A stretch of DNA of 64,000 nt, taken from assembly GCF_011745625.1 (NCBI RefSeq), contig NW_027191484.1:124001-188000 (forward strand), given 5' to 3'. Made by a program: the position numbers and the translations under genes. Under the pieces are notes generated by a model. It saw only the letters and a program-made list of their open reading frames with translations, ran no database searches and was not told where the DNA came from. Position 1 is the stretch's first letter. Every line of letters begins with the position of its first letter. This DNA is from Cladosporium halotolerans (taxonomy: Eukaryota). Shown piece after piece: positions 1 to 12,587 of this stretch.

Positions 1-1283
1 ATTTGGTCATCATCCTGGTAGGTAAATAGCTCGTAGGGTTCAACCTCGGGCCACATGCACGTCGTTTCCATGCTATGGGAGCGTGAGCCAGTCAAATGGC
101 TCCCGAGTGCTCAGTACAGAACTTGGATACGAATTGAATGGGCCACCGATCACGCCCTGCTGTTTGGAAATGGATGTCAGGGTTGATAAGTTGACCATGG
201 AGCGGCAAAATCAGCTTGCGGGGGAGTCCGGCGAGGACCAATCACATCCGGCCCAGGCATCCGCGCCATGACTGAATCGCCGGGCATTCCGGATTCGGCA
301 GCCTGGCAAACACAAACGCCTTCACATCCGCACCAAGTGGACACCCCAATCAGTATTTCGACACCTTCTGGCTTCAGAACCGTCAGTTTCTTCGAGGCCC
401 GGCCTTGCTAGCCAACCAAGCCGCAGACTTCGAGTGTCGGTCAGGTACCAGGGTAACGTGCACACGACGGACGAAGCCCGTACGAAGAGCGCACGCCTTC
501 ATGTAGTGTCCGGTGTGAACAGCAGTGGCCCATGCAGTGTAACCGAGTGCGATACAGAATAGCAGGAAATATGATGAGCCACACCGTAGGCCGTTCAAAA
601 TTTCCGTTCGACGTTGTGTTTATCCATGGATGACACCCAACATTTGGCGCACACCTCGCCGTCCAGTCTTCCGCAACCTTGTCACGTGGAACGATTCAGC
701 TTGCGCATATTGTCAGCACGCGATGTGCTCCCACCGCCAACGCAACCGCCAACGCCGACCCAACATTGAAGATACAGAACACGAGCAGGAGAAAATAAAT
801 GCGAGACATAAAGGAACGCGAGAAGATTCCATCGTTCGCACGGGAGATTAGACACAGGCTCAGTAGGTAGGACAAAGCAACACCGAGAAACAACCATCAC
901 GAGCACCTTCTGGGCTTGTAAAGCCGGGAGCAGCACAAGTAGCACGGCAGTCATTACCCGTCTGCACACAAGTTTGCTAGCCAACGTCAACTTTAGACGG
1001 AAAGAGGTGGACAAGAAGGAGCACAGTTCAAGACGATGTAACACCCCGGGGAAGCAAGGATAATGGCCGCTCTTGAGAGACAGCCTGTGCTGACCTGGGG
1101 ATAACTGGTTTAACGAAATGATCGTGCTGCGTTTTCGCCTGCGGAAACACAGTCAACAACGGCAGCCAGTCCACGTGGGGGCTCAGGATCGCATATTACA
1201 GGATTAGAAAAGTAGGTGAATTTATAGAAGGTGCAAGGATTGTTTTGTGTGAAAATTCTATGCACGATCGGTGTACTCTACTT

Positions 1284-2599
1284 TCAGGATGTGAGCGTGA
1301 AGCCTTTGCCGTACTGGGTCGTAAATTCCGTCTTTGGCCCGTGATTCCGCTGCTCTCCACGAGTGGCGGAAGTGTCACCCTGCTGAGGTGGGATATTCTG
1401 TCCTTGCGTATCGGTAGCTAGGCCGGAAAGGCTTCGAGCTATCTCCTTCAGAGCCTCGTCGCCAACATGCCCTCCGACTTGTCTTGTTCTCCAGCCTAGA
1501 CCTCGGTTTGTACCGTGAATGGTTTTGCCATTTGTGGACACCATGAACTGCACGGCATCACCGATGGCGTAGTTGTCAATGGTGCTCACATTGTCCCTCA
1601 GATGCTCGCTTGCCCGATCACAAATGTCGATACTTTGTCGAGTTGCCTCCCATTCATCTCGTAGCCTTGCAAGGTCCGCACGATCTTCATCCGAAGCAAT
1701 GACTGTCTTGGATCTGTCTATCAAGCTGGCAAAGAGCTTTTCCTCGTATCCCTGAAGTCTTCTGGCTGTATTAGCAAGAGACTCTCTACAGTTTTGCAAA
1801 CCTCCTCTCATGATTTGATCCGGTATGGGGTCAGTGATTGCTGAATCCGTGGACGCAGATGTACGTCTGCTTGTGAGTTCGATCTGCGCAATGTGATCAG
1901 ATAGATCGGCACAGATCTGCAGACACTTTTCAGTGCTCAGCCGCTCCTGCTTTATCATCTCAACTTCTTGTGATTCTCTCTCAGATATCACCACATTCTT
2001 GCCAAGGATTCGCTCAAGCTTGTCGTCCATGCCCTCCAGACGGTCTTCAAGATCGGCTCTAGCCGTGTCAATTAGATTGTGGTAGTCTTTGACGTTCTCA
2101 GCTGAAGTAGAGGACCTCCTTCTGAATAAGGTCCGTGGGAGTCAGCATTGCCATTGTATGCAGTAGAAGGAGTGTACACGCACAGAGTGGCGTCCGTGAG
2201 AGCAATGTTGATAGTGGCTTTGTAAGTTGCAAGCAGGCGTCTGAAGCCATCAAGGTCTTCACCCATATATCGGAGCTTGGCCCAGTCCCGGAAACTTGTA
2301 CGGTCTTTGCCAGCGTGTACGGAGCATTTCAGTAATTCTCTCTCAAAATCTGCGACTGCATTGCCGCAGCGCTGTAAGGGGAGCTTGAGTGAAGAGAAGT
2401 CCACATCTGCGAGGTTCCCTATCGTCTCGGAGAGTGATGCCAGTATATCTTGCAAAGATGCTAGCTCATCTGAGAGCTCTTGTACACGCGTCGGGTGGTG
2501 CTGGAAACTTTTCACCAGCTCGAACAATTTTGCTGTAGACTTCAAGGTAACCGTGGCTAATGCCAGCACTCCTGAAGCCAGGCCAACAGCCTCTGCCAT
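1284..2599 (-). CDS. HeLo-like / fungal STAND N-terminal (SesA/PigL-N-like) domain protein, 2 exons
   Basis: Starts MAEAVGLASGVLALATVTLKSTAKLFELVKSFQHHP at ATG 2599. A GT..AG intron at 2183-2122 (GTGCGT...CTGAC...TTCAG) joins ORF 2072-2680 in frame to ORF 1284-2030 (TDATL|RRSSTSAENVKDY). The hydrophobic N-terminal helix and the SFRDWAKLRYMGEDLDGF motif are typical of this family. Confidence 0.8.
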
Positions 2600-3549
2600 T
2601 TGTGTCTTCGGGTGAAGATAATGTGGGAAGGCGCGACGAAGTGAGGAAGTAAAGTTGAATAGCGCAGGACGTAATGCCACCTGGGAACAACTTCAAGAGT
2701 GATTCGAAGTGCTGTATCTGGTCAGCGCAGGATAGCTTTATATGTATTGTCAAGAGCATACTGTATGTTCGTCGGCGCTTATATGGATGGCTATAACTGA
2801 CCTGACAACAGTTAGAGGCCATGCGGCGGCTTCGAGTTCCGTGCTGACCAACGGCGCGCTTCCAATGAACGCTAGGTCCACAGCTGATGATGGGCGCTAA
2901 AGTGGGGTTGAATCACATCACTGACTATATTTCACTGGCTCAGTCAGATGTGAGTTACTGTTTCAGCTTCGCATTTCTTCGAGTGGTCGGAAGAGACCTC
3001 ATCTGCGCAGTACTGTAGCCTCGGATTCGATTTATCTGGCTTCTGGCAATCGCGGATGGTTGTGCCGCGGGAGAAGGGCTTTGTGATCTGCCAGTGTCAC
3101 GCGCACAAATCCTGCTATGACCTATCAGATTTTCTCCGAAAGCTGGACCGCCGGAGGACGAGCCGGGCGCTTAACGTCGACCCTAGGTCAGACGTCCCCA
3201 CAAAAACAGCTCCGCCTCTCGATCGCCAACCCATCAAGATCCTGAATACTTTGCTTCATTCAATCCCAAACAATCGCAGCTCGCGGATTTGCAACGACAT
3301 TGGTCGGAAGCACGCGGCCCGCTGTCAGGCGCTGACACTAGTCCAAAGATCCTCCCCAAAAGCCACACCAAGCTAATCTCAGCCTGCGCGCTTCGACCCG
3401 GCGTCTAAGGCTTCACGGAGTTTTGAGCCTTTTATCCTCATCGCTCATTGACCTGGAGATTTGCTATCGCTCACGCGTCGTTCACGCCGGCAAACACCCG
3501 CCACCGTCCCAATACTGAGTTTCAATAGTCTTTCAGGACCTACATGAGC

Positions 3550-5060
3550 AGTCACAACCGGACTGCGAAAGGGGGATTCGCTTCCGTGAACCCATGTTCC
3601 TCGTAAGATGTTCCGCAAAACTCTGAATCGTGAGATCGGTACTCGACACGAGTGATTGAAGCATGCGTGGCCATATCGTGTGGTACAATGGGGGTTTTCG
3701 TTCTTAGATGCAGTCGGAATAAGCGACGGAAATACTCTTCAGGAACACTTGAACACATAGACAGCCGAGTTGTCACCACAATCAACATGATCAAAGATCT
3801 GGAGATTGGAAGCTGACACTATATCCGGAATGAACCCTATTCTTCAATAGCAGTTCCAGAAGCAGCCAAGTTAGATTGATACGCTCAAAGTATAGACTCG
3901 GAGGGAGAGGGAAAAGCGGCTTTGACTGGCAGCTCTGAGCACTCGAGAGCTTAGCTTCGGAAGCGACGATTCCTGGAAGCGAGTCCCGGAAATGGGAAAC
4001 TGACTTCCAGAAATTGGGACGGAAGGGTCTCCGGTTGGAACACTAGCGCTTGACATTGGACTTGTACCGTGCCAGACCATATAAAGAGTCTTCTTATGAA
4101 AAGACAGTGGCTTCTGCCTGCGTACCTAAATTTCCTCGGCAAAGACTATGCCTTTGAATTTATCTTTATCTGTGCAGGTCTCTCACCGCCTACAAGGGTC
4201 AGGAAGCGGAGCAACAACAGGCATCTTCAGACGCTTGCGCGCCTCTCTCCGCCGCCATCGCTTGAAAAGGAGCATTTCCAGGCCTATAGCGACAGAGACA
4301 TCAAATGAAATTGCAGATGATGATTCGTCATGGCTCGGACCTCCTCCTATGTATGACAAGAGAGATCGTACCCGTACTTTCTCGATTAACTCCCGAACCC
4401 GAAGCTCAGAGGAGAACAATTCTACGATATTTGAAGACGAGACAATGTTGACCAGTGCGACTGTGACTGGGCCGATGACACCGATCGACTTGTCAATCCT
4501 ATTACCAAACACACCGCCTAGTTGAAGCTCTAGAGCTGAGGGCCTGGATTTAGTCGTTGCAGACCGAAACGATATGTACGGAGCGTCATAAAAGCTTCCA
4601 TTCGTCGATGAATACATTCTCATTTACACGTATCAAAGCATCCTGTCCTCGGAAAGCATGGTCAATATTCTGCAATGTGGACTTATGTGACCACCGCTCG
4701 CTTTCGATCGATTCGGATGATTTGTGCCATTGCTGTGCGCAAATAACTTTCCTTACAATACTTTGAAGTAAGACGTAAGAGTTGCAATAACAGATCTCAT
4801 GCAGTGTCGCACCGATGATGATGAGAAATGTTTGGAATGTTTTTGAATTGGCGTCAGGACAGGACTCGAAGAGCCTCATTGGACCAATGTAGTAAGAAAA
4901 TGTCATCTAGTCAAGCAGACCATATTCAGCATTGCACGAGTGGATTAGGTAATACGAGCAACGCTTGAACTGGGTCTCAATATAGCGAGATCCCTGCAGG
5001 CTGCCCTGCGTTTTGCCATGTAACCCAAGATACACATCTCCTCTCGACACAAAATTCAAC
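3550..5060. pseudogene. Possible decayed coding sequence(s) upstream of the captain
   Basis: Protein-like fragments: + strand 4148-4525 (low-complexity tail) and a - strand frame 4586-~5070 interrupted by an in-frame TAG just before 4906. No coherent gene model and no recognisable family. Confidence 0.25.
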
Positions 5061-5447
5061 GTTACTGCGAAATATCAGAGCTCTCTCTCAAAACCATTGC
5101 CAGCTAAGAATATGATCTCTGCAGTGATTTAATATGCTGATTTGTTCGTGGATACAGGATCCAGGATCCTGGATCGTGCAATAGACCTAGCGGTTAACCG
5201 CGCTGCGAAATAGGGGAGCGAAGCAAGATTACGATTCCAGAAGCTACCACGTACAAGTGCGCCGTAAGAGATCTCTATGTGTCACTCTCACTGTCACGTG
5301 TGTTGGCTCGTCAAGCGAAAGCGGAACAGCGCATGAGGCTTAGCATGCAGGACTTTCTCATATTTATATTTGCCACCTTCGAATTCACTTCTTGTTCCAC
5401 AGCACTCCAATCTTGCAACTCAAAACTATTCCTTCAACAAGCGGACC

Positions 5448-8400
5448 ATGGTCGACCATTCAGATCTCTTCACATTAGCACGCAACACCGACGCCTTCAA
5501 TCCTTCGACGGAGGCACTTGCCGATCCATTCTACGTACAAAAGCTGAATAGACTCCAAGGCATCTGGATAGAGTTAGTAGACCTGGGCTGTACTTATCAT
5601 TTCGTGGGCTGATCGATATAGGTTTTGTAGGAAGGCTCAAGTCACGGTCGACGAACATCGGCCGTTCCTGCCTCTGCCGCACTTGAATACGGTGGTAGCC
5701 TTCTTGCGATATCTGTGTCGAACAAAGACCGGAACGATCGATCCCAATGGCAAAATAACTGTTAACAGCTTGGAGAGTTATTGGAGAGGGCTGAAGCTAC
5801 TTATATATCGCCAGACCGGGTTGAAATACAGCTCAGAAGATCGGGTACAGATGAAAAAGGTTGGTGAAATGAGTTTCAGGATTTCCAGATGCTTACTTGC
5901 GTAGCATATCGCCCACAGCTTGTCACGCGAGGAAGGTCTTTCGAGTCTGTCGAAGCAAAAAGACCTTGCCGATCGCCCTGTTGTCGAGAACATCTTGAGG
6001 TTCCTCTGGGAATTTGATGAGCACAGATATGATCAGTCGCGAGTCCGCGTCCAGCTCGCTTTCGGTATCCTACTCATCCTCTACATGGGACTGCGCCCCG
6101 GCGAATTCACCGAGTCCCGCGCTCACAAGGGCTCCAATGAGGGACTCCATTGGGGCGACGTCACAGCCATGTTGATACCGGGAGAGCACGGTACGCGAAT
6201 ATGGCTTGCCCAAGTTCGAGTCCGCAATCGGAAAGGTCAGCGCAATCGAGAGGACAAAACGTCAGTCAAATATGCGCGCATAAGTCCTGTGCAATCACTG
6301 ATACAACAATAGGCCAGTGGAAAATATCCGAGAGGATCTTTGGGACAAACATCTCTGTCCCATATCTCTTTTATTCGCACTTGCTCTGGCAGATCAAGCT
6401 TTCGTCGGTATTCGGACCGCTGAAGACTTCAGCAACATCAGGTTCAAGCGAAACAAACCCACCACGGTGCTTCGCGTCAGAGAAGATATGAAGAAAGTTC
6501 CCATCCTGAGGACACTGGATCGGAGCCGTGTTATCTCCCAAACGAAGATACTGCCTGCCGGAAAATTCGCCCAGTCGATGATAGATCTTGGTCACCGAGC
6601 GGGACACACTGGAAAGTTCTCGCCTTATGCCGTCCGCCGTGGGCACGGTAATACCATCGATCGTGAGTTACGTTCGTTGAAGCTCACGAGGCGAGGCTGA
6701 CGTTTTTTAGGCGCCATGAGTGCCGTGCAAAGGCGGAGACAAATGGGTCACAAGAGTGATGACGTTTTCATGCACTACATCTCTGCAGTCTCAGGTGTTG
6801 ACATCCAGAATGTAATCAACGGCAGAGATCCAGACCAAGCCTTGATTGATTACGTGCGCTCCATGCAGCCTCGAGTCGACCACGATGCACCTCTGCGCGA
6901 CAGATCTAGACTGACCGATGTGATCCGACGCCATCCGAACAACACAGATTTTGCTGCACAACGTGAGGAGTTCTTTGCGAAAGATGATGACATCTTCGAG
7001 GGCAGCAGCACTTCGCAGCCTTTCACCACTTTGGCTTATCAACGAGTCCGATCGAGATTCTTGGATTCTTATTTAAGATATAACAAACCCCGAGCGAAAA
7101 TGATCTCCACCATACAGAAAAGATCGGCGGATGTGGCGAAAGAGCGCCCTCTTGTCGAGGTTCTCCAATCACTAGCGATTCTCGCAAGCCCAGATGAGGA
7201 TTGGCTTTACCCCTCGACGAAGCCCACAGAAACATACGCTTGCCACCAATGCGGTCAGCAGGGCACAAGAAAGTATGTACTACTGTCTCTTTCTCCTCCT
7301 CAATGACTAACGCTATCAGGCTGAGAACAACAGAGTTCAACATGCATCTGCTCAAATGCCAGCAGCTTGCTTTGACACAGATAGGCAGGATCTCAAAATG
7401 GACCGAATTTTGCGTCAAGATACGAAAATGTTTACTCCCTTCATGCGGCTACGACTTCCGAAGTAATGGACCAAACGATGCTATGGTACATCTCAGCAAC
7501 CATTTCGTCGCACCGAGACGTGTGGGAACCATTTGCAGGTGGGACCGCTGTGGCATGAGAACACGTACCAAGACAGCGCTCCTGCGACATCTCACAGCGG
7601 CGCACGGCATACCTCTTTGCCACGACTCAATGAAGCAAGCCAGGTTCTGTTTCGAATGTTCGGAGTTCTTCGTTCACGAAGATGTCTGGGAAGATCATTG
7701 TGCTTCGCACGTCGCAAATCCTGAACTGTTCTGCGGGCAGATAGTCTGCCGGGGCATCATCATCTTTGCGCGGAAGTGTATGTTCTGCCTTGCAGACCAT
7801 AATCTGACAGCAGCGGAACGATATTATGGCTTCACGCATGCGTCTAACTTCTTCCGCCACCTCCAGACACATTTAAAGTCCGTGCCTAACTGGCCATTGA
7901 GCTGCCCGCATCCAAATTGCTCCATCGACGTTGCCACGGAATCAGCTTTCTGGAATCATTCCAGGACCGTCCACGGCATCGCCAAGTACAAGCTTGAGCC
8001 AAATTCTTGCGCAAAGGATGCAAGCATACCCACGACGCAAGAGGAAGGCATGTCAGGATTGGATATGACTGAGATGTACCCGAGTAGCGATGATGCAACA
8101 GATGGCGATGAGAGCGACGACGACGAAACAGGACGAGGTCTTGAGGCTTCGGAAGTCTTTCCCGAAAAGAACCTCTCACACGCTTGTCTCGCCAAACTTT
8201 TACCATCGACTCCACCAGCGCTTTCGTCAAGGGCTGCTCCGCGAGTTAATGGACCTAAGTATGGACCAAGCCAAAATGAAATGGATCATGCTATCGCCGC
8301 TGGTAACACTGAATGGAAAGCCCCCGCACCGAACATTGGGGACCTCTGGGACACGAATGGACCGAGAATTGCCCCCTCGCATAGAAAGCACACGGAAACG

Positions 8401-9147
8401 ACATATTCTGGCCATACTAACGATATCACCACCTGCACCGATCACTTCTATCCGCAACCAAACTCTCACCATGAGTCACAGAGTTTAGAGTGTGAGCGTA
8501 GGAACTACGACTACGTCTACGAAAAGGGCAACGCGATTTCGGAGTTCCCAGCCGTCGAGGCTCTTCTACAGGATACCCAGATGACGACTGACTATGGTCA
8601 ATACGGTCAAAATGCCGTCATTCAAGAAGGTGATGCCTTGTATTCGATCGAAGCAGCTCCGATATCGGACACTATTACTTCGCAAGCACCAAACGACATC
8701 TCATCGTGTGACGCCTCTCCTCAAAGTTTTGAACAATATCGAAATCTCAGACCACTTCCGTCACAGCCTGGACGAGCTTGTGATGAACCTGGGTGTAACG
8801 AGATCTTCCGCTTTGCGCGAGATCTGAACTATCATTTGATAAAGAAACACGGACGAAGCCACCATACCTGCAACACAAGCGGATGTGGGAAAATTTTTCG
8901 GGATGCCGCTCGATTAAGAGAACACTCACAGTCACACACCAATAGGAAAAAACTGACTTGTTCAATCGGACAGTGTGGTAGGACATTCGCGCAGATGGAC
9001 ACCCTCCTACGCCATGAGCAGAACGTTCACGAAAAAGAAAGAATTCATGTGTGTGGCATGATCAAGGATTCAAGAACATGTCTAAGCGCGTTTGACGCTC
9101 CTTGGAAGCTCAAGAGGCATAAAGAAGGGGTTCATAGGTGTAAATAA
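5448..9147 (+). CDS. Starship captain: DUF3435 tyrosine recombinase with multiple C2H2 zinc fingers (6 exons, ~1152 aa)
   Basis: Exons 5448-5572, 5622-5859, 5905-6260, 6313-6662, 6711-7272 and 7320-9147 have GT..AG introns and splice in frame (3459 nt). Catalytic motifs: GLRPGE (R), RNRKG (K), PYAVRRG (YxxR), QMGH (H), VFMHYIS (Y). The HLCPISLLFALALADQAF motif is typical of captains. The last exon carries many C-x2-4-C...H-x3-4-H fingers. Confidence 0.95.
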
Positions 9148-9257
9148 ACTCTGGAGCTACTCAAAAGCTCCTACAAAGGGCTATCTAGGTTTTATTACGT
9201 CCTTCTGACCTCAAGCTGACAGTACAACGAAAGCAAGATCCACCACCAAAACTGCAC

Positions 9258-10017
9258 TCACATATATAGATAAGCTCCTCCAAGCAATATTGCAAATACC
9301 AGCGGAGCAATCATTGGAAGAAGTTTGAAAGGCGAGGGTGCTTTGGATAAAGTTGCTTGATTTGTTATGGGAGGCAGTATAGTGCCACTCCCATTAGAAG
9401 GTTTATCCGCTAGTAAGCTTGCGGAGGGAAGAGATCGGGTTGATGGTGTAGCAGTGCCGGGAGATCTGGCCGTTGGAAAGGTCCCATATGCAGAAGCGGT
9501 GGAAAACGATCCGGTAGAATAAATAGCGCCGGTATTGTGGCGAGAGATTGGAGAAAAGGTGAAACAACAGGCAGCGGAGCAATTAGCATGTGATTCCGAC
9601 TGAATGAAAAGATATGTAGTGAACTCCTGTTTCATCTCAATCTCAACGAATCTCGTGCCGTCTAAACTGGATACTTCAGTGAAGGTATGCTCAGTCGTGA
9701 TCGCATCTTGAGAGCAAGGGGGCTTTGACGACTCGAGTATTTGCAAATCCTCGCCAGCAGGAAGTTGGAACCATAGTAATAAGCCAAATTCGCTTCGGAC
9801 AGAATTTAGAGAAAAAGCGTGTCCGCCATCTATGCGTAGCACTTCAATGAATACGCGATGTGGCTCTGAAGGGATTGTGGCATTCCAGTCCCGTGACCTT
9901 GGGTTTTCGTCAATAACGTGCTATTAACATTATTTAAGTTGGATCGCACCTAGGCCACTCAAGCTGGTGGGACCAGCCCATTAGGGGTAAAGCAAAGAGA
10001 CACCACAGCCGCGACAT
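9258..10017 (-). CDS. Secreted, probably GPI-anchored Ser/Thr-rich protein with a cupredoxin-like N-terminal domain
   Basis: ATG 10017 gives a signal peptide (MSRLWCLFALPLMGWS). A probable ~52-nt intron joins it to the ORF ending at 9258. The HRVFIEV..GGHAFSLNSV..ESSKPPC..HANC pattern is followed by an S/T/P-rich linker and a hydrophobic C-terminus (LVFAILLGGAYLYM). Confidence 0.55.
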
Positions 10018-10294
10018 GATGGGTGCTCTGTGATTTCTTGAATTTCAGGGGATATCTCAATTTATAGATGTGGGTGTAAGATATTCCGGAATTATGAGAT
10101 CCAGGAATCGGTTCCAGGAGTACAATAAGATGCTTCGATGGTTTTCAAGACCAAGTTGCTTTCCAGGAATCTCCAGCAGAACGTTTATATATAGCGATAT
10201 CTCGACTTCAATACACTTTCCAACACAACCAACACCTCCATCAGTCAGCAGGTCTGACTCTTTTCGTAGACGAGCAAACACTCCAAAGTACAAC

Positions 10295-12508
10295 ATGGCT
10301 TCCGCGGATGTTCATCCTCAGATTGGCCTCGGAGAGTCCTCTTCTTCACGTAAGCTCTCTAGAACGCAATTAAAAAGAGAGAAACGAGATACAAAGAATG
10401 CAAAAAAGAAGGACAACATAGGAGATATAAAATCTGGAGACCAATTCGAACAAGCTTTCAGCAAGGCTCAGTATACTCAGGACTCGTACAGCAAGTCTAA
10501 ATACAAACCACCTACTGCTCAAGATGGAGACGGGGATGATGATGGTGCTGTGAAAAGTGGCGATGATGGTGATGATGATGATGGACTTGTAGAAGATGTC
10601 GAGGAGATTAGAGAACGAGAAGCCTTCTTGGAAGAAGGTGCCAAACAAGAAGGCATGCACATCAAGAACGGGTTGAGACGCTTGCCAGCGGATGCTGCGG
10701 CTCTTATTCAAGCGCATGCTTGGATTTACAGGAAAGCCTGGTATTTTGGCAAGAATGAAGGTCTAGTCGCGAAAATACGGGAGATCAATGCCAAACTGCA
10801 TCTCCTGCCCGTTGAAAAAAAGTACGTTGAAGAATGGAAATCATCGTTTGCGGACTACAGAAGACCGGAAGGTGTAAGGACCGACAAAGATAATTACGTC
10901 AACAGTTTTCAGATGAACGATTCGCTGATAGATGTCATCGTTCTTGTTGCGAAAGGACTTGTTGATTGGAAGGAGCAAGCACCACAGAGCAATATGAGGA
11001 AAACAAAGGCCAAGCAAGTCCTCATGACCATTTACGCACAAAGATCAGCGCTTTACGACATGGGCCTCACCTACAAATCCATCGTGGATGCAAACTTGGC
11101 GAATGATATGTTGGTTTTGATCCAAGAGGGTTTATCAACGGTCGACACTCGTTCGAGATCCAGAATCTTGGCATGGTTAGAGGGAGACGATCGAGATCCT
11201 ACAGCTGTTCAGCAGAGCATCATCCGCAAGGCACCTGCGGCGCTGAATTCCTTTTTCATACGGCTCGAAAGGAAAGAGTCAGTTGATGACCAAGTGGAGC
11301 AGCTTGAAAGAATTCAAGAAGCGATCACCGAGTCTAACAAGTCCGTGAACTTCATTGAGTCCGATCACGGGCTTGGGATCGATGTAATCCGCAGTATGGT
11401 GAAGGCACTTGGTAAGGCATCGGATAAGGACTTTGAAGATAGGCTGGAGAGGTTGAAATGGAATTATGTTGTGCACTTGGACGCGCAAGGCTGGAAGTGT
11501 CTCGTGGATGATACCCCAGCACTCAAAATGACAACCGAACAGGAGGCCAAATTGCTATCGGAACGTCCGAAGAGAAAATTGATCCAATATCGAATCCCAG
11601 TGGATGCCGAGCTCGACGAACGAATCGCTGTTCCTGATGAGAACGAAATTGACAAACGTAATGAAGCTGAGGGTGAAAGTAGTAACGACGATGATGGCCA
11701 GGATGGTACTACTGGTGACGATACGGATTCAGTCAACAGCAACGAAATGATGGAGCCTCCTGAAGCAAGTCTCGAAGGAAATACTCATCAGCGAAGCGCT
11801 GCCCGTTCAGCGGGGGACCATTATGATGGTCAGCCGACTCCTAGTCTACGAACGAATACACGAGCCCGCACAGGGTTCAGCAAGTGCAGCCTTCGGGGAC
11901 CGATCAACCCTGAGTCCCCTGCGACCGAGTTCGGCTATATAGTCGGTGGGCGCCCTGTCGGAGCATTTAGTAGCAGGTTTATCATGAACGTCGGAACGTT
12001 TGACAACCCTGTCCACAGACTTCTATCAGGCACTGAATTTGGTCGCAACTCCGGTCCAGCGCTGGTTGAGAAGAGGCCATTGCCGCAGCCTGAACTACCC
12101 AGGAAGGCAGTAGACCGACAAGCGTCGGACGTAGTAAGCTTGTTGAGTGTAGTAGAGGGCGAATCTCGGGCGAGAGGCCGTCCCGTAACATACTATTCCA
12201 TCATTTGGAAGGAAGAGGATTCATCACCGGTGTGGCTTTCGCGCTCTGATCTGATCTCTGTGTGTGGTAAAGCCTGGCTCGACAACAAGACTCAAGAGAT
12301 CGCAGACGAACAAAACAGGGTCACTAAAAACAGTAGGAGCGGAATCTTGGAAGAAGCTTGGAAAATGGATCTTGAGTATCTTGCTGATATGAAATCTAGA
12401 GGTTTACATCCCGACACACAAAGACCTCTTCGTGAATCTGACAGAAAAACCATGCCTTGGCTTTTCCAAAGGCGGACTGCAGGAGCGCCCGCTCTGGACC
12501 GGATCTAA
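10295..12508 (+). CDS. Hypothetical nuclear protein (~737 aa) with acidic tracts and a C-terminal chromo(shadow)-like segment
   Basis: Long uninterrupted ORF with likely start MASADVHPQ. Contains a basic NLS-like KREKRDTKNAKKK, D/E-rich tracts and C-terminal TYYSIIWKEEDSSPVWLSRSDL. Confidence 0.8.
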   Translation: MASADVHPQIGLGESSSSRKLSRTQLKREKRDTKNAKKKDNIGDIKSGDQFEQAFSKAQYTQDSYSKSKYKPPTAQDGDGDDDGAVKSGDDGDDDDGLVEDVEEIREREAFLEEGAKQEGMHIKNGLRRLPADAAALIQAHAWIYRKAWYFGKNEGLVAKIREINAKLHLLPVEKKYVEEWKSSFADYRRPEGVRTDKDNYVNSFQMNDSLIDVIVLVAKGLVDWKEQAPQSNMRKTKAKQVLMTIYAQRSALYDMGLTYKSIVDANLANDMLVLIQEGLSTVDTRSRSRILAWLEGDDRDPTAVQQSIIRKAPAALNSFFIRLERKESVDDQVEQLERIQEAITESNKSVNFIESDHGLGIDVIRSMVKALGKASDKDFEDRLERLKWNYVVHLDAQGWKCLVDDTPALKMTTEQEAKLLSERPKRKLIQYRIPVDAELDERIAVPDENEIDKRNEAEGESSNDDDGQDGTTGDDTDSVNSNEMMEPPEASLEGNTHQRSAARSAGDHYDGQPTPSLRTNTRARTGFSKCSLRGPINPESPATEFGYIVGGRPVGAFSSRFIMNVGTFDNPVHRLLSGTEFGRNSGPALVEKRPLPQPELPRKAVDRQASDVVSLLSVVEGESRARGRPVTYYSIIWKEEDSSPVWLSRSDLISVCGKAWLDNKTQEIADEQNRVTKNSRSGILEEAWKMDLEYLADMKSRGLHPDTQRPLRESDRKTMPWLFQRRTAGAPALDRI

Positions 12509-12587
12509 GGGTAGAGCCAGACGAAGGCGATGAGCTCATACTCATCTCGGTGGAAGGCCGTGTTCTAGCTAGAGAAAGTGCCTGAGA

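Noticed and set aside
4900..5450. 5S rDNA or tRNA insertion target at the left end
   Set aside because: No recognisable 5S or tRNA sequence is present here or near the candidate right end.
7201..9147. Stand-alone C2H2 transcription factor
   Set aside because: The ORF begins at a TTG overlapping captain exon 5, and a canonical intron (7273-7319) fuses it in frame to the recombinase.
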